A stretch of 64,000 nucleotides of DNA from Eledone cirrhosa (taxonomy: Eukaryota). The notes under the pieces were generated by a model. The model was not told where the DNA came from, made no database searches, and saw nothing but the letters and a program-made list of their open reading frames with translations. The number at the start of each line of letters is the position of its first letter. Within the stretch, counting starts at the first letter, position 1. Positions 43,400 through 55,920 of the stretch are shown piece by piece. The translations under genes were made by a program, and so were the position numbers. Where the stretch lies: positions 44,764,001 to 44,828,000 of the forward strand of contig OZ024752.1 of NCBI GenBank assembly GCA_964016885.1, written 5' to 3'.

Positions 43400-43613
43400 T
43401 CATCATCATCATTTTACGTCCACTTTTCCCTGCTTGCAAGGGTGGGACATGTCCTCTTCAGCATAGCACCTCTCCATTCATCACGGTCCCTCGTCATCTC
43501 CTCTATGAGCTTCAAGTGCAATCTGAGGTCAGCTCTCACCACCTCTGCCCATGTTTTTCGTGGTCTTCCTCTACTGCGTCTTCCTTCCACTGTGATTTCT
43601 TAGCATTTCTTAC
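43400..43613 (-). mobile_element. 5'-truncated RTE-clade LINE 3' end
   Basis: 43599-43414 translates to EITVEGRRSRGRPRKTWAEVVRADL...MTRDRDEWRGAMLKRTCPTLASREKWT*, an RTE C-terminal RGRPxKTW/DRxxWR pattern, followed by (TGA)n. Confidence 0.85.
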
Positions 43614-44570
43614 ATTAAATCATGATGTAAATAAATATAAACTAACCATAACCTTAACCCTTTAGCATTTAAACCAGCTCTCAAAATAAATAATATCAAA
43701 ATCTCAGATTTGATATCACGTGAGATGATTGTGTGGGATAAAGTGTTTACTATGAAAATACAATAATATATATAGACTAATGTAAATGCTAAAGGGTTAA
43801 GTGATGCCATCATGGAAAACAGACATAAAACTGTCCACTTTAAACAAGCAACCAGTCAGCCACACAACGAAACATATTTTTAATTAAGTTGTAAATATTT
43901 ACAATGGTCCTAGAGAGAAAACTTACACAGAAATATACTTGTAAATGTGTTTCTAAGTGATGCTTATATCAAGATAATGTGTGGGAGGCAGTATTTTATT
44001 ATTTTATTTGTTAAAACTTTACTACCATCACTACAACAACACCATCAATATTACTAACATCACATTACCATCACTACAACACCTTTGGTAACACTACAAC
44101 ACCAACTTTACCAACATCACGCTACCATCACTACAACAACTTTAGTACCATCAATCACATCACCACCACCAATATGTTTTAGGTTTGATGTAATTATTTC
44201 CTCCACACACTTCAGTACCAGTAAACAGTATGTTTCCACCAAGAACATATTGTTGATTAGAATTACATAACCATTCCAGTAATATCTTAAGACATAGTTG
44301 TCTCTTCTTCATAAACCAACTAGCCTGTCCCTTCTCATAATTTAAGCAGCTCTTTGATAAATCTAAATGCAGTATCAAAATCTAATACATTGTAAGAATT
44401 AGTGATTCCAGTTCTAGAAGAGAAGACATTTGATAGAGTAGCAACATAATATAGAATAACATAATGGCACAAAAGATTATTTAACATAAATACTAGAACA
44501 GAGAAGTGATAAATATGAAACTGATTTTGCTAAACATTTTATTTTATTATGATAGAGTTAACCCTTTAGC

Positions 44571-44928
44571 ATTTACATTACTCTATATTTACTATTGTAT
44601 TTTCACAATAAAAGCTTTACCTCACAACATTTACATTACTTTATATATACTGTTCTATTTTCACAGTAAAGGCTTTACCTCACATAACATTTACATTACT
44701 CTATATATACTATTGTATTTTCACAGTAAAGGCTTTACCTCACATAACATTTACATTACTCTATATTTACTATTGTATTTTCACAGTAAAGGCTTTACCT
44801 CACATAACATTTACATTACTCTATATATACTATTGTATTTTCACAGTAAAGGCTTTACCTCACATAACATTTACATTACTCTATATATACTATTGTATTT
44901 TCACAGTAAAAGCTTTATCCCACATAAT
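44571..44928. repeat. 6 x 60-bp tandem amplification of the MITE family 1 left subterminal segment
   Basis: ATTTACATTACTCTATATATACTATTGTATTTTCACAGTAAAGGCTTTACCTCACATAAC repeated. Confidence 0.95.
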
Positions 44929-45489
44929 ATCCAATCTATGAGATTTTGATAATGTTTATTTTGAGAACAATACCTTAATATCAGTATGAGTGGCCAGTTT
45001 AAACAGAAAGAGGTGAGAGAATTCTGGCCGAGAGAATTGTGGTTTTCATTATGATAGAGTTGCAAAATGTAGAACATAATTGGAACATGCTGAGACTTGT
45101 CAACATAATTCTAACTTCCTAATGGCAGATGAACATGTGAATATTAATCAGGTATAATGTAGCTTTAGTTGGCAGTAGTTCTAACACATGTATAAGGACA
45201 ACTGCACTTAAGCCCGGAACATGTATTATCTTTGACCAGCTATCTGGCTTCTCAGCTAGAAATAGCAGCCGAATTCACTCCTAATACAGTGAATCTGAAT
45301 GTTGAGTGCATGGCGTACAGTTGTGGTTCACTGGCCTCTTATGAAGTTGTATCTCATAGGAGGTTTCTTGGGTGTTTTAAAGATAGGAGCGCCAGTCCCA
45401 TCACAGGGAGGGCTCTGACTGCCAGTCCCATCACAGGGAAGGCTCTGACTTAAGTATTTGGCAAAATGCAGGAGAGCATTATATCTGTA

Positions 45490-45750
45490 AAGATAGAGAG
45501 AATTGAAGCGAGATGGCTGGGTAATGTGTTGAGGAACAATGAAAGTGACTGGATGATAAGAATGATGGAAATTAATGTGGAAGGGAATAAAGGAAGGTGA
45601 AGACCAAGAAAGACATGGCTGAAGATAATTGAGTGAGAAATGAGGTGTTGGTGAGGAAGGATAGAAACAATAGTGTAAAATGAAGAAGATTGTCATGTGA
45701 CCTTGTAAGGCTAATCTCTACTTTAGCAGGGAAAATGGTTTTAAAATGCT
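45490..45750 (+). mobile_element. Decayed RTE LINE 3' fragment
   Basis: Translates to ...RWLGNVLRNNESDWMIRMMEINVEGNKGR*RPRKTWLKIIE*. A similar decayed piece lies at ~51430-51570. Confidence 0.7.
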
Positions 45751-47095
45751 TCTTGTTGTTGCTACTTGGTGGCTAGAAGGTCAACCCTTTAGCATTTAAA
45801 CCAGCTATATCGGGCCAGAATTCTCTCACCTCTTTCTGTTCAAACCACCTGTAACCAGCTGTTCATACTGACGTTAAGGCATTGTTCTCAAAATAAATAA
45901 TATCAAAATCTCATAGATTCAATATTATGTGGGATAATTATATCAGATAAAGCCTTTACGATGAAAATATAACAGTATATATAGAGTATTGTAAATGGTA
46001 AAGGGTTAAGACATCAATAAAATAGGAATTCCCAGTCACAGTTCTGTGAAGGGGAGTAAAAAAGGGTTAATGAGTTTGATACAAGATCTAAAAGGTGGAG
46101 ATAATCTTATAAAAAAATTCCCATAAACAATTGTTTAATTTTGGTCCTATTTTTGTCAGTAGATATAAATGGAACTGGCTACAATTAAATGGAGAAACTA
46201 GATACTCGAGGTTAAGTTATTGTGGAGTAACCACTGTAATCGCTGGTATTTTTATAGCCTGGCAACACCCATGGGAAAATAAGTGCAAATATTCATTTTA
46301 ACTCAACCTGTTTCTATTTTAATTCACAACAAAATATAAATCATATTAATAATAAGAAAATATATAAAAAGAAATAATATAATGATGATGGTGGTGGTGG
46401 TCAGAGTGTGGTGTTCGACGCTCTACTGATTCTGCCAACCTATGGCCCTGAAGTAACGAAGGGCAAAGTTTACCCCAGCTGGGTTTGAACTCAAAGTTCA
46501 AGAAGCTAGAATGACTATCACAAAATATTCTATCCAACATTTTAACAGTTCTGTCAATTACAGGTGTGTGTGTGTGTTGGTTGACCATTCATTAAATTTA
46601 ACTTAACTGAGCTCGTTATTGAAACCAAACACCCCCACCCCATCTCTTCCATTCAGGTGAGAAAGATTTCTCTAAGATGACATTTCCTCTCGTTTCCACA
46701 GAAGACGTATCCTTTCACTCAAGTGGAGTTTCTATAGAAGGTGTGTCTTTTGTACAGGTGAGAGGATTTATATAAGACATGTTCTTTGTACAGGTGAAAT
46801 CTCTGTAGAAGACATGTCCTTCATGCAGGTGGGGTCTCTATAGGTGACACATACTTCATTAAGGTGGAGTTCCTTTGGACAGCAATTGTTTGTAAAAGCA
46901 GAAGCAATAATAATTGTGCATCTCCTGACAAATTTCTATGGTATCTTGGTAAAAGACTAGATGTGTGAGTGTGTGTATATATGTAAATATATTTACACAC
47001 TCTTGGTAAAAGAGTATGTGTGTGTGTATGCCTATGTGTGAATATAAGTATGCACACGTCTGAGTACATTTGTGTACTATATATACATATATATA

Positions 47096-47370
47096 TCATC
47101 ATCATCATCATCATCACCGTTTTACGTCCGTTCTTCCACGCTAGCATGGGTTAGACGGGTTGTCTTGTTGTGGGCAGTGTCTGGTCGGCTGACCATGCCT
47201 TGCTCATACAGGAACTGATCTGGCTTGATTTCTACAGCTGGATGCCCTTCCTAACACCAACCTCATTTACAGTGAGTGCTGGGTGCTTTTTCGTGGCGCC
47301 TACACGTCCACTTTACAGTGTGGGCTGGGTGCTTTTTTGCCGTGGCGCCTCCACGACCACCTTGCGGTGG
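47096..47370 (-). mobile_element. 5'-truncated SINE-B-related element with an alternative 3' tail
   Basis: Body shared with SINE-B up to AATCAAGCCAGA-TCAGTTC, then a different tail ending CATGCTAGC...GGACGTAAAAC(GAT)n. Similar copies at ~1150-1327, 21241-21368, 40185-40643. Confidence 0.75.
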
Positions 47371-47883
47371 GGGGGGGGATATACATATATTGTGTACTAT
47401 ATATACATATATTGTGTACTATATATATATATATTGTGTACTATATATATATATATTGTGTATTATATATACATATATTGTGTATTATATATACATATAT
47501 TGTGTACTATATATACATATATTGTGTACTATATATACATATATTGTGTACTATATATACATATATATATTGTGTACTATATATATATGTGTGTGGCTAG
47601 GTGCATGTGTAACTCTGTGAGTATGTCAGTCTATATATATATGTGTATGGTGACAATATGTATATGTGTGTGTGTGTGTGTGACAATATGTATATGTGTG
47701 TATGTATGTTACTATATGTGTGTATGTATGTGACGATATGTATATCTATATATGTATATGTGACAATATATACGTATGTGACAATATGTATATATGTATG
47801 TGTGTGTGTGACAATATATATATATGTGTGACAATATATATATATATGTGTGACAATATGTATATCTATATGTGTGTGTGACA

Positions 47884-47916
<33 letters not shown>

Positions 47917-48486
47917 ACAATTTATATATATATTTAGTCCAAACCCATGCAAGCGTGGAACACGGACGCTAAACCTGATGATGATGATGATGATATATGT
48001 GTGTGACAATATGTATATCTATATGTGTGTGTGTGACAATATATATATATATATATGTGTGTGACAATATGTATATCTATATGTGTGTGTGTGTGTGACA
48101 ATATATATAGATATGTACGTGTGTGTGTGTGTGACAATATATATAGATATGTACGTGTGTGTGTGTGTGACAGAGTACATCAGAGTACATTTGTGTGAAA
48201 TGTTAATGTTTTGAGAAACTTATGAAAGAGAAGACTGTCACCATGTGGTTCCTTCCACTTGAGCCAGTGGTTAACTGGCCACCGGATCTAATTACAGGAC
48301 CAACACAAGTATTTCCTGTCTTGAGAGATATCTGCTGGCCCTAAAGTCATTGCTATATATACAAGCATTTCTTAAAAGTAAATATTTCACCCTTTTCATA
48401 CAAACACCACTTCTAATTCAGAAGTGTTCATATTTAAATTTAACTTTTCGATCATAATTTTAAGTAAGAAAATTTTGTTGATATAT

Positions 48487-49360
48487 TCTTCTTCTTCTTC
48501 TTATTTGCCTACATCGACTTATTCCTGAGAGGGTCATGGGACAGAGTCCTCAAACACTCTTTCCAGTGGGTCATGTCAGAAGCAACTGTCTCCAACTGAT
48601 CCGACTGGATCCCCAAGTGAGACCAGCCAAGCTCATGGATGTTATCCAACCATCTTGCTCAGGGTCTACCCCTGGGTTTCCTGCCTGTTGGTTTTGCCCG
48701 TAAAATCTGTCCAGTGATTCTTTCCCCGAGACATTCTAACCACATGTCTGTAGTATCAGAGCTGTGGTCCCTCAATTCAGAGATTCTTTCCTGAGACATC
48801 TTAACCACATGTCTGTAGTATCAGAGCTGTGGTCCCTCAATTCAGAGATTCTTTCCTGAGACATTCTAACCACATGTCTGTAGTATCAGAGCTGTGGTCC
48901 CTCAATTCAGATATTCTTTCCTCAGACATTCTAACCACATGTCTGTAGTATCAGAGCTGTGATCTCTCAATTCAGAGATTCTTTCCTGAGACATTCTAAC
49001 CACATGTCTGTAGTATCAGAGCTGTGGTCCCTCAATTCAGAGATTCTTTCCTCAGACATTCTAACCACATGTCTGTAGTATCAGAGCTGTGGTCCCTCAA
49101 TTCAGATATTCTTTCCTGAGACATTCTAACCACATGTCTGTAGTATCGGAGCTGTGGTCCCTCAATTCAGAGATTCTTTCCTCAGACATTCTAACCACAT
49201 GTCTGTAGTATCAGAGCTGTGGTCCCTCAATTCAGAGATTCTTTCCTGAGACATCTTAACCACAAGTCCATAGTATCAGAGCTATGATCTCTCAATTCGG
49301 AGAAGTAGCAGCTCTACCTGGAGTGACTCTTTGATCTCCAAGCTATGCACTCTATCGAGA
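48487..49360 (-). mobile_element. Decayed RTE-like LINE 3' end with (GAA)n tail, containing a 65-bp tandem array
   Basis: Minus strand encodes, with disablements, ...HVVRMS/ERITGQILRAKPTGRKPRGRP*ARWLDNIHEL. (TTC)n at ~48487-48501 marks the tail. Confidence 0.7.
48717..49300. repeat. 9 x 65-bp tandem repeat from LINE coding sequence
   Basis: (G/C)AGACAT recurs every 65 bp from 48728 to 49248. Confidence 0.95.
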
Positions 49361-50196
49361 TTGATATATTCTAATAGTTAAAGATTTATTAAATCAGATA
49401 TTTTAATCAATCTTTTCAAATATCTGCTTATTTAAAAAAAAATTCATTGTAACAACATAGGTATAGTGTATTTCATTCAAAATTTGTAATGAAAAGGTTT
49501 AAAAATATATTAAAATTAATATGAAAAATAATTACAGCACAGGCAAGGTTGTGTTTAACCAATTTGTTACCATATTTCTAATGAAAGACACTACCTATGA
49601 TTTTCACATAATTAAAAAATAATCAAGAAATTGCAGAGATTTAGTAATATAACTTTCTTTCCTTATTAAGCTGGTGTTTGCATCATGGTTTAAAGGTTCA
49701 TAGCTTAACAAAGAGGAAAGTCTTTCAATAAATATTTTGAAAATGATACAAAGGTTTTTAAATAAATATAACGACATTAACCTTTTCATTATTATATTTC
49801 TAATGAATGGCACTGCCAATAATTTTCAAATCATTTTGAAACCAAACAAGAACTCAGAGAGATTTTGTTATATAACCTTTAAATTATTATACTGGTATTT
49901 GAAGCATAACAACAAATATTCTCATATAGAATTATGATGGAAGGTTTTTAGATAAATATAAACACTTTAAACCAAACAAATTAGAATCGTAAAACCAGGG
50001 GTCGTTTCAGATATTTAGGTGTCAAATGGGTTAATGATAGCTTTTTGACCCTGAGATAAAGTTAATCTTATCACTACTTTATTAGGAGGCATATATTGCT
50101 GTTTAAAAGCTTAGGGTAAGATCAGATTTCTTCTATTACAACAGTTTCTAATGTTTCATTTCTGGACTAGCTGTACTCACCACCACCACCACTGCC

Positions 50197-50522
50197 ATAC
50201 CTTAACATCAGTATGAGTGGCTGGTTACAGCTGGTTTGAACAGAAAGAGGTGAGGGAATCCTGGCCAGATATGGCTGGTTTATATATTAACCCTTTAGCA
50301 TTCACATTACTTTATATATACTATTATATTTTCATGGTAAATGTTTTATCTCACATAATTATCTCACATAATATTGAATCTATGAGATTTTGAAAGTATT
50401 TATTTTGAGAACAATACCTTAACATCAGTTTGAGTGACCAGTTACAGCCAGTTTCAACAGAAAAAGGTAGAGAATTCTGGCCGGTTTTGGCCAGTTTGAA
50501 CACTAAAGGGTTAAAGGGTTAA
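50197..50522 (+). mobile_element. MITE family 1 inserted into the TIR of another MITE family 1 copy
   Basis: Inner copy 50287-50514 is flanked by duplicated TTAA. The host TIR resumes as AGGGTTAA at 50515-50522. Confidence 0.8.
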
Positions 50523-52545
50523 TCTCAACCACTTTGTGTTTGCTATCCATGCTTGGCATTTGTAGGATGGGTTTATGTTCCGAGTTCAAATCCCGCTGAG
50601 GTCAACTTTGCATTCATCCTTACGGGGTCGATAAAATAAAGTACCAGTAATGCACTGGGATAATTGCTGGCCTTGTGCCAAAAGTAGAAATAATTAATAA
50701 CCTTATTTCATTCTGTGACATTCCTGATAAAATTACATCTGACAATGATGTTTCTTAGTAAAAGACTTTTTCTGTTTAGCAACAATGTCCCAGCTTGTCT
50801 TTACATGGCATACATCAATTTTCATGGTATTGAGAATGGAAAAAATATCTTGCTTTGTTTTCTTTTCATTATTTCCCTGGTTACTCACCAGTTCTGACTA
50901 ACAAAGAACCAACTAAACATAAGAAACAATTTACTTTGGATGTCACCTGTTTTCTCAGGATTGAGATCTCACTGAAGGTTTAAAAATTTACACAGCCCAA
51001 TTATTTGTTCAGTATTATAGAAGAAAAACTAGATTTCTCTTTTGTCTTTGGACTAGTTTATACTTCTGTGGAAACACATTAAGAATGTTTGTCTTAAAGA
51101 ATATTTTATTGCAATTAGAGATGACTTAGAGATTCTCTTATCATTCAAATAAATATGTATAGATGCAAAAATGTGCATACATGCAAAAATGTGCAGCTAC
51201 AAAATAGCTATTGAAATGGTGGAACACAAAGGCTTATATCCTTATATATGATATAAGGTGATATTATCATTGTTAATTTTACACCGGTTTGTCTGTGCTT
51301 GTCAAGTATGGGTGGGTCTTTCCCTAACATCATCTTGATATGACAAAAGGAATGCAACAAACAACGAGATGCTATGCTGTTGAAGACCCATCAAACCCAT
51401 ATACGAAGAGAATTAGACAAACATAAGTTGAAGGAAAACCTGGGCATAAGATAAGCCAGACATGTGTAAGGGTGAAGATTGCATTGGTAAAAGAGTGTAG
51501 GAAATTAAAGTGGAAGGAAGCTGTAGTAGAAGACTAAAGATGTGGGTAGAAGTGGTGAAAGCTCATCTTTATTTATTTATTTATTTAGTCAATCTAAACG
51601 TCCATATAGAGCTAGTAAGCCATGACAGATTAGGGTAAGTATTGAGTACCCCTTACAGTTGGTAATCAAAAAGAGTTAGTGAGACAAGTAATAATAATAA
51701 AAAAAAATAAAAATAAGGGGGGAAAATAAAATAAAAAAATAGAATTTCAAATATTGGGGGCCATTGGGAGGCAGTTATGCCTAAGAAAACGACAAAGGGC
51801 AGACTAGGAGAAAGAACCTTTTGTTAAGGTAGGTTCCAAACAATAGAACAATCATGAAAATGTTTCGGTTATTTTCAAAGTTATTTTAAAATCATAAACA
51901 GTAACTTTCTTTAGAAATATGGTAAGAAAAGGATTTAAAACAACAACAGCAAGAACAAGAACAACAACACAATGAAAGATGGCACCAGCAATTTTCTACT
52001 TTGTTACAAAATTATTCAAGTGACAGATGGAGTTGATTACAACTTCATTACATATCTTTTATATCATTTGTTGTTGTTTTGTTGTTGATAATATTTAGTA
52101 TTTTGGTTGTTGTAAAGTGTGTAGGTGGGAGGGGGGGGGGGGGGGGTAACAATTCATTCATAATTTGGCAGACATTGTTCAGCTGCAAACTTCCTGCAAA
52201 CAAACAGAACGGGGTGGTGATGGTAGTGGGTGGGTGTTGCTCAGTAGAGCAGCTAGAATGAACACAGGAAGAGGCTGCGAGTGGGGTGGAGGTGGGGGCA
52301 GGAATGAGAGCGGGGTGGGGTGGAGCAGTGTTATAAAGACTACAACAAAAGTATGTCAAACAAATAAACAAAGTGAAAAAAAAACAACAACAAAACAAAC
52401 CCTTTACTGCTGCTAATAGTTATATCACCAGTCTCTCTCTCTCTCTCTTTTTGGTAAAGGAGATAACTGAGGAGGGAATGGCAAGGAAGGAAGTTGGCTT
52501 TCAGACAAATTTGCCTGTTGTATTTAAAATCTAAAAATCAAATAA

Positions 52546-52600
<55 letters not shown>

Positions 52601-52701
52601 ATTACTCTAAGGCCTACCTTATTTCGTGCTTTGCTGCTCATTCCTAATTGTAGGTCGTTAGCTTGGCCACAGTCAACGCTTCGATTTTACTAAGCTTACA
52701 C

Positions 52702-52702
<1 letters not shown>

Positions 52703-52736
<34 letters not shown>

Positions 52737-53058
52737 TTTACGTCCACTTTTCCCTGCTTTCAAGGGTGGGACGGGAACTGATTCTGGCTTGATTTCTACA
52801 GCTGGATGCCCTTCCTAACACCAACCTTATTTACAGTGAGTGCTGGGTGCTTTTTTACCGTGGCACTTCCACGACCACTTTGCAGTGGAATGATAGGGAC
52901 CCCCGTCCCTATCATCTCATTTCTACAGCTGAGTAAACTGGAACACTGTGAAATAAAGTGTCTTGCTCAAGGAAACAACACATCACCCGGTCTGAGAATT
53001 GAACTCACAACCTTTCGATTGCAAGGCCAATGCTCTAACCACTAAGCCATGTGCCTCC
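52703..53058 (-). mobile_element. SINE family B copy (opposite orientation)
   Basis: Reverse complement of the 28448 copy. The same spurious 'MPFLTPT...QGQCSNH' ORF appears in the ORF track. Confidence 0.9.
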
Positions 53059-53212
53059 ATATATACTCTATATATACTTGTGTATATATATATATATATG
53101 ATTCCAGTTCCTCAATGAAATAACAACCCAACAAGGAACTGGGCATATCAGAGTATTGACAATATTATACACCTCAACAACATATGTACTTGTCTATACC
53201 ACACTAATTCAA

Positions 53213-53267
53213 ACTGCCTGAAGAGGTCACAGCCAAAGATGGCTGTCACTGAAATATATATAGCAGT
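53213..53267 (+). ncRNA. Minimal type I hammerhead ribozyme (Penelope/retrozyme-like)
   Basis: ACTGC-CTGAAGA-[GGTCACAGCCA aaga TGGCTGTCACT]-GAAA-TATATA-TA/GCAGT. 5-bp helix I, 11-bp helix II with one mismatch, intact core, palindromic minimal helix III. AATAAA follows immediately. Confidence 0.8.
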
Positions 53268-53311
53268 AATAAACGAAGCTAAATTTTAATCATTTGACTT
53301 TTATTTAACTT

Positions 53312-53344
<33 letters not shown>

Positions 53345-53378
53345 CGGTGATGATGATGATATATGTTAGTGCTACTAC

Positions 53379-53428
<50 letters not shown>

Positions 53429-53741
53429 CAAAAGCACCAGAAGAAACAACCTTCAGAAAGAGAGTAGGTTGGTGGAATGAGTAGGGTTGAAGAGAGAGAG
53501 GGATAGGAGATAGAGAGGAGATAGAGAGAGCTGGGGAGGGGGCGAGGGAGATTGAATGAAATCGGGAAATATATAAATTTGGTGGTATAGTAAGATAAAG
53601 AAGAGTGGAACTCTAAGAGTAGAAGACAGAGTTAAGGGTGGAATAATAGTAGGATATTACAAAACCTTAAAGCAATAAATGGAATAGACACACATAACTG
53701 AACTGTGTAGCTTAGGTAGATTGAAAAGGCCAGCTAAACCC

Positions 53742-53841
53742 ACATTGGTGTGAGCTGGAACAACATGATAGGACTGGGGTCACTATCATTAAAATGATAG
53801 TGACCCCAGTCCTATCATGTTGTTCCAGTTCACACCAATGT
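53742..53841. repeat. 49-bp fold-back hairpin derived from SINE body sequence
   Basis: Arms 53742-53790 and 53793-53841 with one mismatch. Contains ATGATAGGACTGGGGTC also seen in SINE copies (e.g. ~20705). A third partial copy lies at ~53856-53872. Confidence 0.85.
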
Positions 53842-54731
53842 AGACCAGTTAAACCTACATTGGTGTGAACTGTTAATTCAGTTTTAATTTCAACAAGGCA
53901 ATAATACATTAGAATAAATACTGGACAACTAATACATCAGATACTGCCACCACACCCATTGAAATATACAAACCACATAGAGAAGTCTTTATATGAATCA
54001 TATTAACTATAGAGTTATAGATCAAATACTTACTGATCAAATCAACAAAACCTCATAAAATGAAATACAAAATTCAGTAAACTATAATAAAAACCATTCA
54101 CAAAAGATCAGAAGAACCGCAGATCTCTCTGACCTCATAACTTCTAATGGAGTCAAAGGGATGACATCAAATGGTCTGTTTTGGCATTATAACTTTAACA
54201 CTCTGTAATGATTTAGCAGAAAATATCTAAACAAAACAAACTAAAAAACAGGTTATTTCACATGTTCATACATTGTATTGTAATTAGTAAACAAATCACT
54301 AGTATGGAAGTAAAGACCTCAAGTTTTAGCCCTTTAGTATTTAAACCGGCTGAAACTGGCCAGAATTCTTTCACCTCTTTGTGTTGTAACTGGCCACTCA
54401 TACTGATGTTAAGGTATTGTTCTCAAAATAAGTAATATCAAAACCGCATAGATTCGATATGATGTGAGATAAAGACTTCACCGTGAAAATATAATAGTAA
54501 ATATTGAGTCAGTTTCTTCCAGAGGGGAAGAGAGAGTGCAAGAGAAGACAAATCGGTACTGAACTGGTACTTAACTAATCAACCCTGGAAAGGATGAATG
54601 GTTTCAGTTGGTCTCAGTGAGATTTGAACTCAGATCACAGAGAGCTGGGATGGATACTGAAAAGCATTATATTTGACAACTTATGAACTCTGCTAATTTG
54701 CCATTTAGTTTCAGTAACTAGAGGAGACAGT

Positions 54732-54998
54732 GGAGGCACGTGGCCTAGTGGTCAGGGTGTTGGACTTACAATCATAATACCATGGGTTTGATTCCTGGGC
54801 TGGGTTGCGTGTTGTGTTCTTGAGGAAAAACTTCATTTCATGTTGCTCCAGTGTACTCAGCTGAAAATGAGTACCAGCAATAGCTGTTGATTTAACCCTG
54901 TGATGGACTGGCGTCCTGTCCAGGGGGAAGTCTTGTACTCTCAGTCACATCACACCATGAAACCGGGATAAGCACCGGCCTAATAAACCTTCTGGCTT
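54732..54998 (+). mobile_element. tRNA-derived SINE with a V-domain-like 3' block
   Basis: Head GGAGGCACGTGGCCTAGTGG...GGGTTTGATTCC. Block CCCTGTGATGGACTGGCGTCCTGTCCAGGG resembles the V-SINE conserved domain (from memory). Confidence 0.65.
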
Positions 54999-55920
54999 AA
55001 GACAGACTTTTAGAACTGGAGAAGGTCTTTGACTCTGTAATCTGGTTGTCACTGAGGAGGAATAGATAAAAGGTGAGTGCTGTACAGAACATGTAAAATA
55101 TGGTGAGTAAAACCAAGGATTTCAGCAATGAATTTAGTATACAGATCAGCCATCCCCCCCTTACACCTGTCAGCAAGTTAAATTTAATATACAGACCCAC
55201 CACACCTACTGTTGACACCTGTCAGCTAAATTCATTGTGGTCAACCCAGGCCAATATATTACTTTACTACAAGGAAAGCAAAAATGCCCCCATTTCGAAA
55301 TTAATGCTACATAAGATGAACATTTCAACGATTATTTGCAACCACTGTAGGATGTTTTGGTACAGTGATTTCCTGATACTATCACATTACCTATTCCAAT
55401 TTAGTATAACTTATTTAAAGTCCAAGGAATTGATTGTGAAAATGATATGTAAGGAGATTTGATAGATTTATAATATGACAATGATGTCACATTGTGGTAT
55501 TGACTTCAAGGTGGACATAGCTTGTGGTATTATCAAAATATAGTGGCATCATATCCCAATCTAATAAGATTTAATGAAATACGTTTGAAATGGTCAAGTT
55601 TGCTTTCATTTGTTCTTTAATATGGTGGCGGCAGCAGCAGTATAAGTTAACATTACTTTTTCATATATATATATATATATAGTCGTGTAGGTGTCACGAC
55701 AAATAGCACCCAGTCCACACTGTAAAGTGGTTGTGTAGGTGTCACGACAAACAGCACCCAGTCCACACTGTAAAGTGGTTGTGTAGGTGTCACGACAAAC
55801 AGCACCCAGTCCACACTGTAAAGTGGTTGGCGTTAGGAAGTTTGAAAATTACCAAGCAACATAGAATATACATGTCATCTCAGAGATAAGTTGTTGGCTG
55901 TGAATTGTTTAATACAGAGA

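Noticed and set aside
52806-53045. Repeated 68-79 aa ORF found three times (possible gene family)
   Set aside because: Antisense reading of SINE-B.
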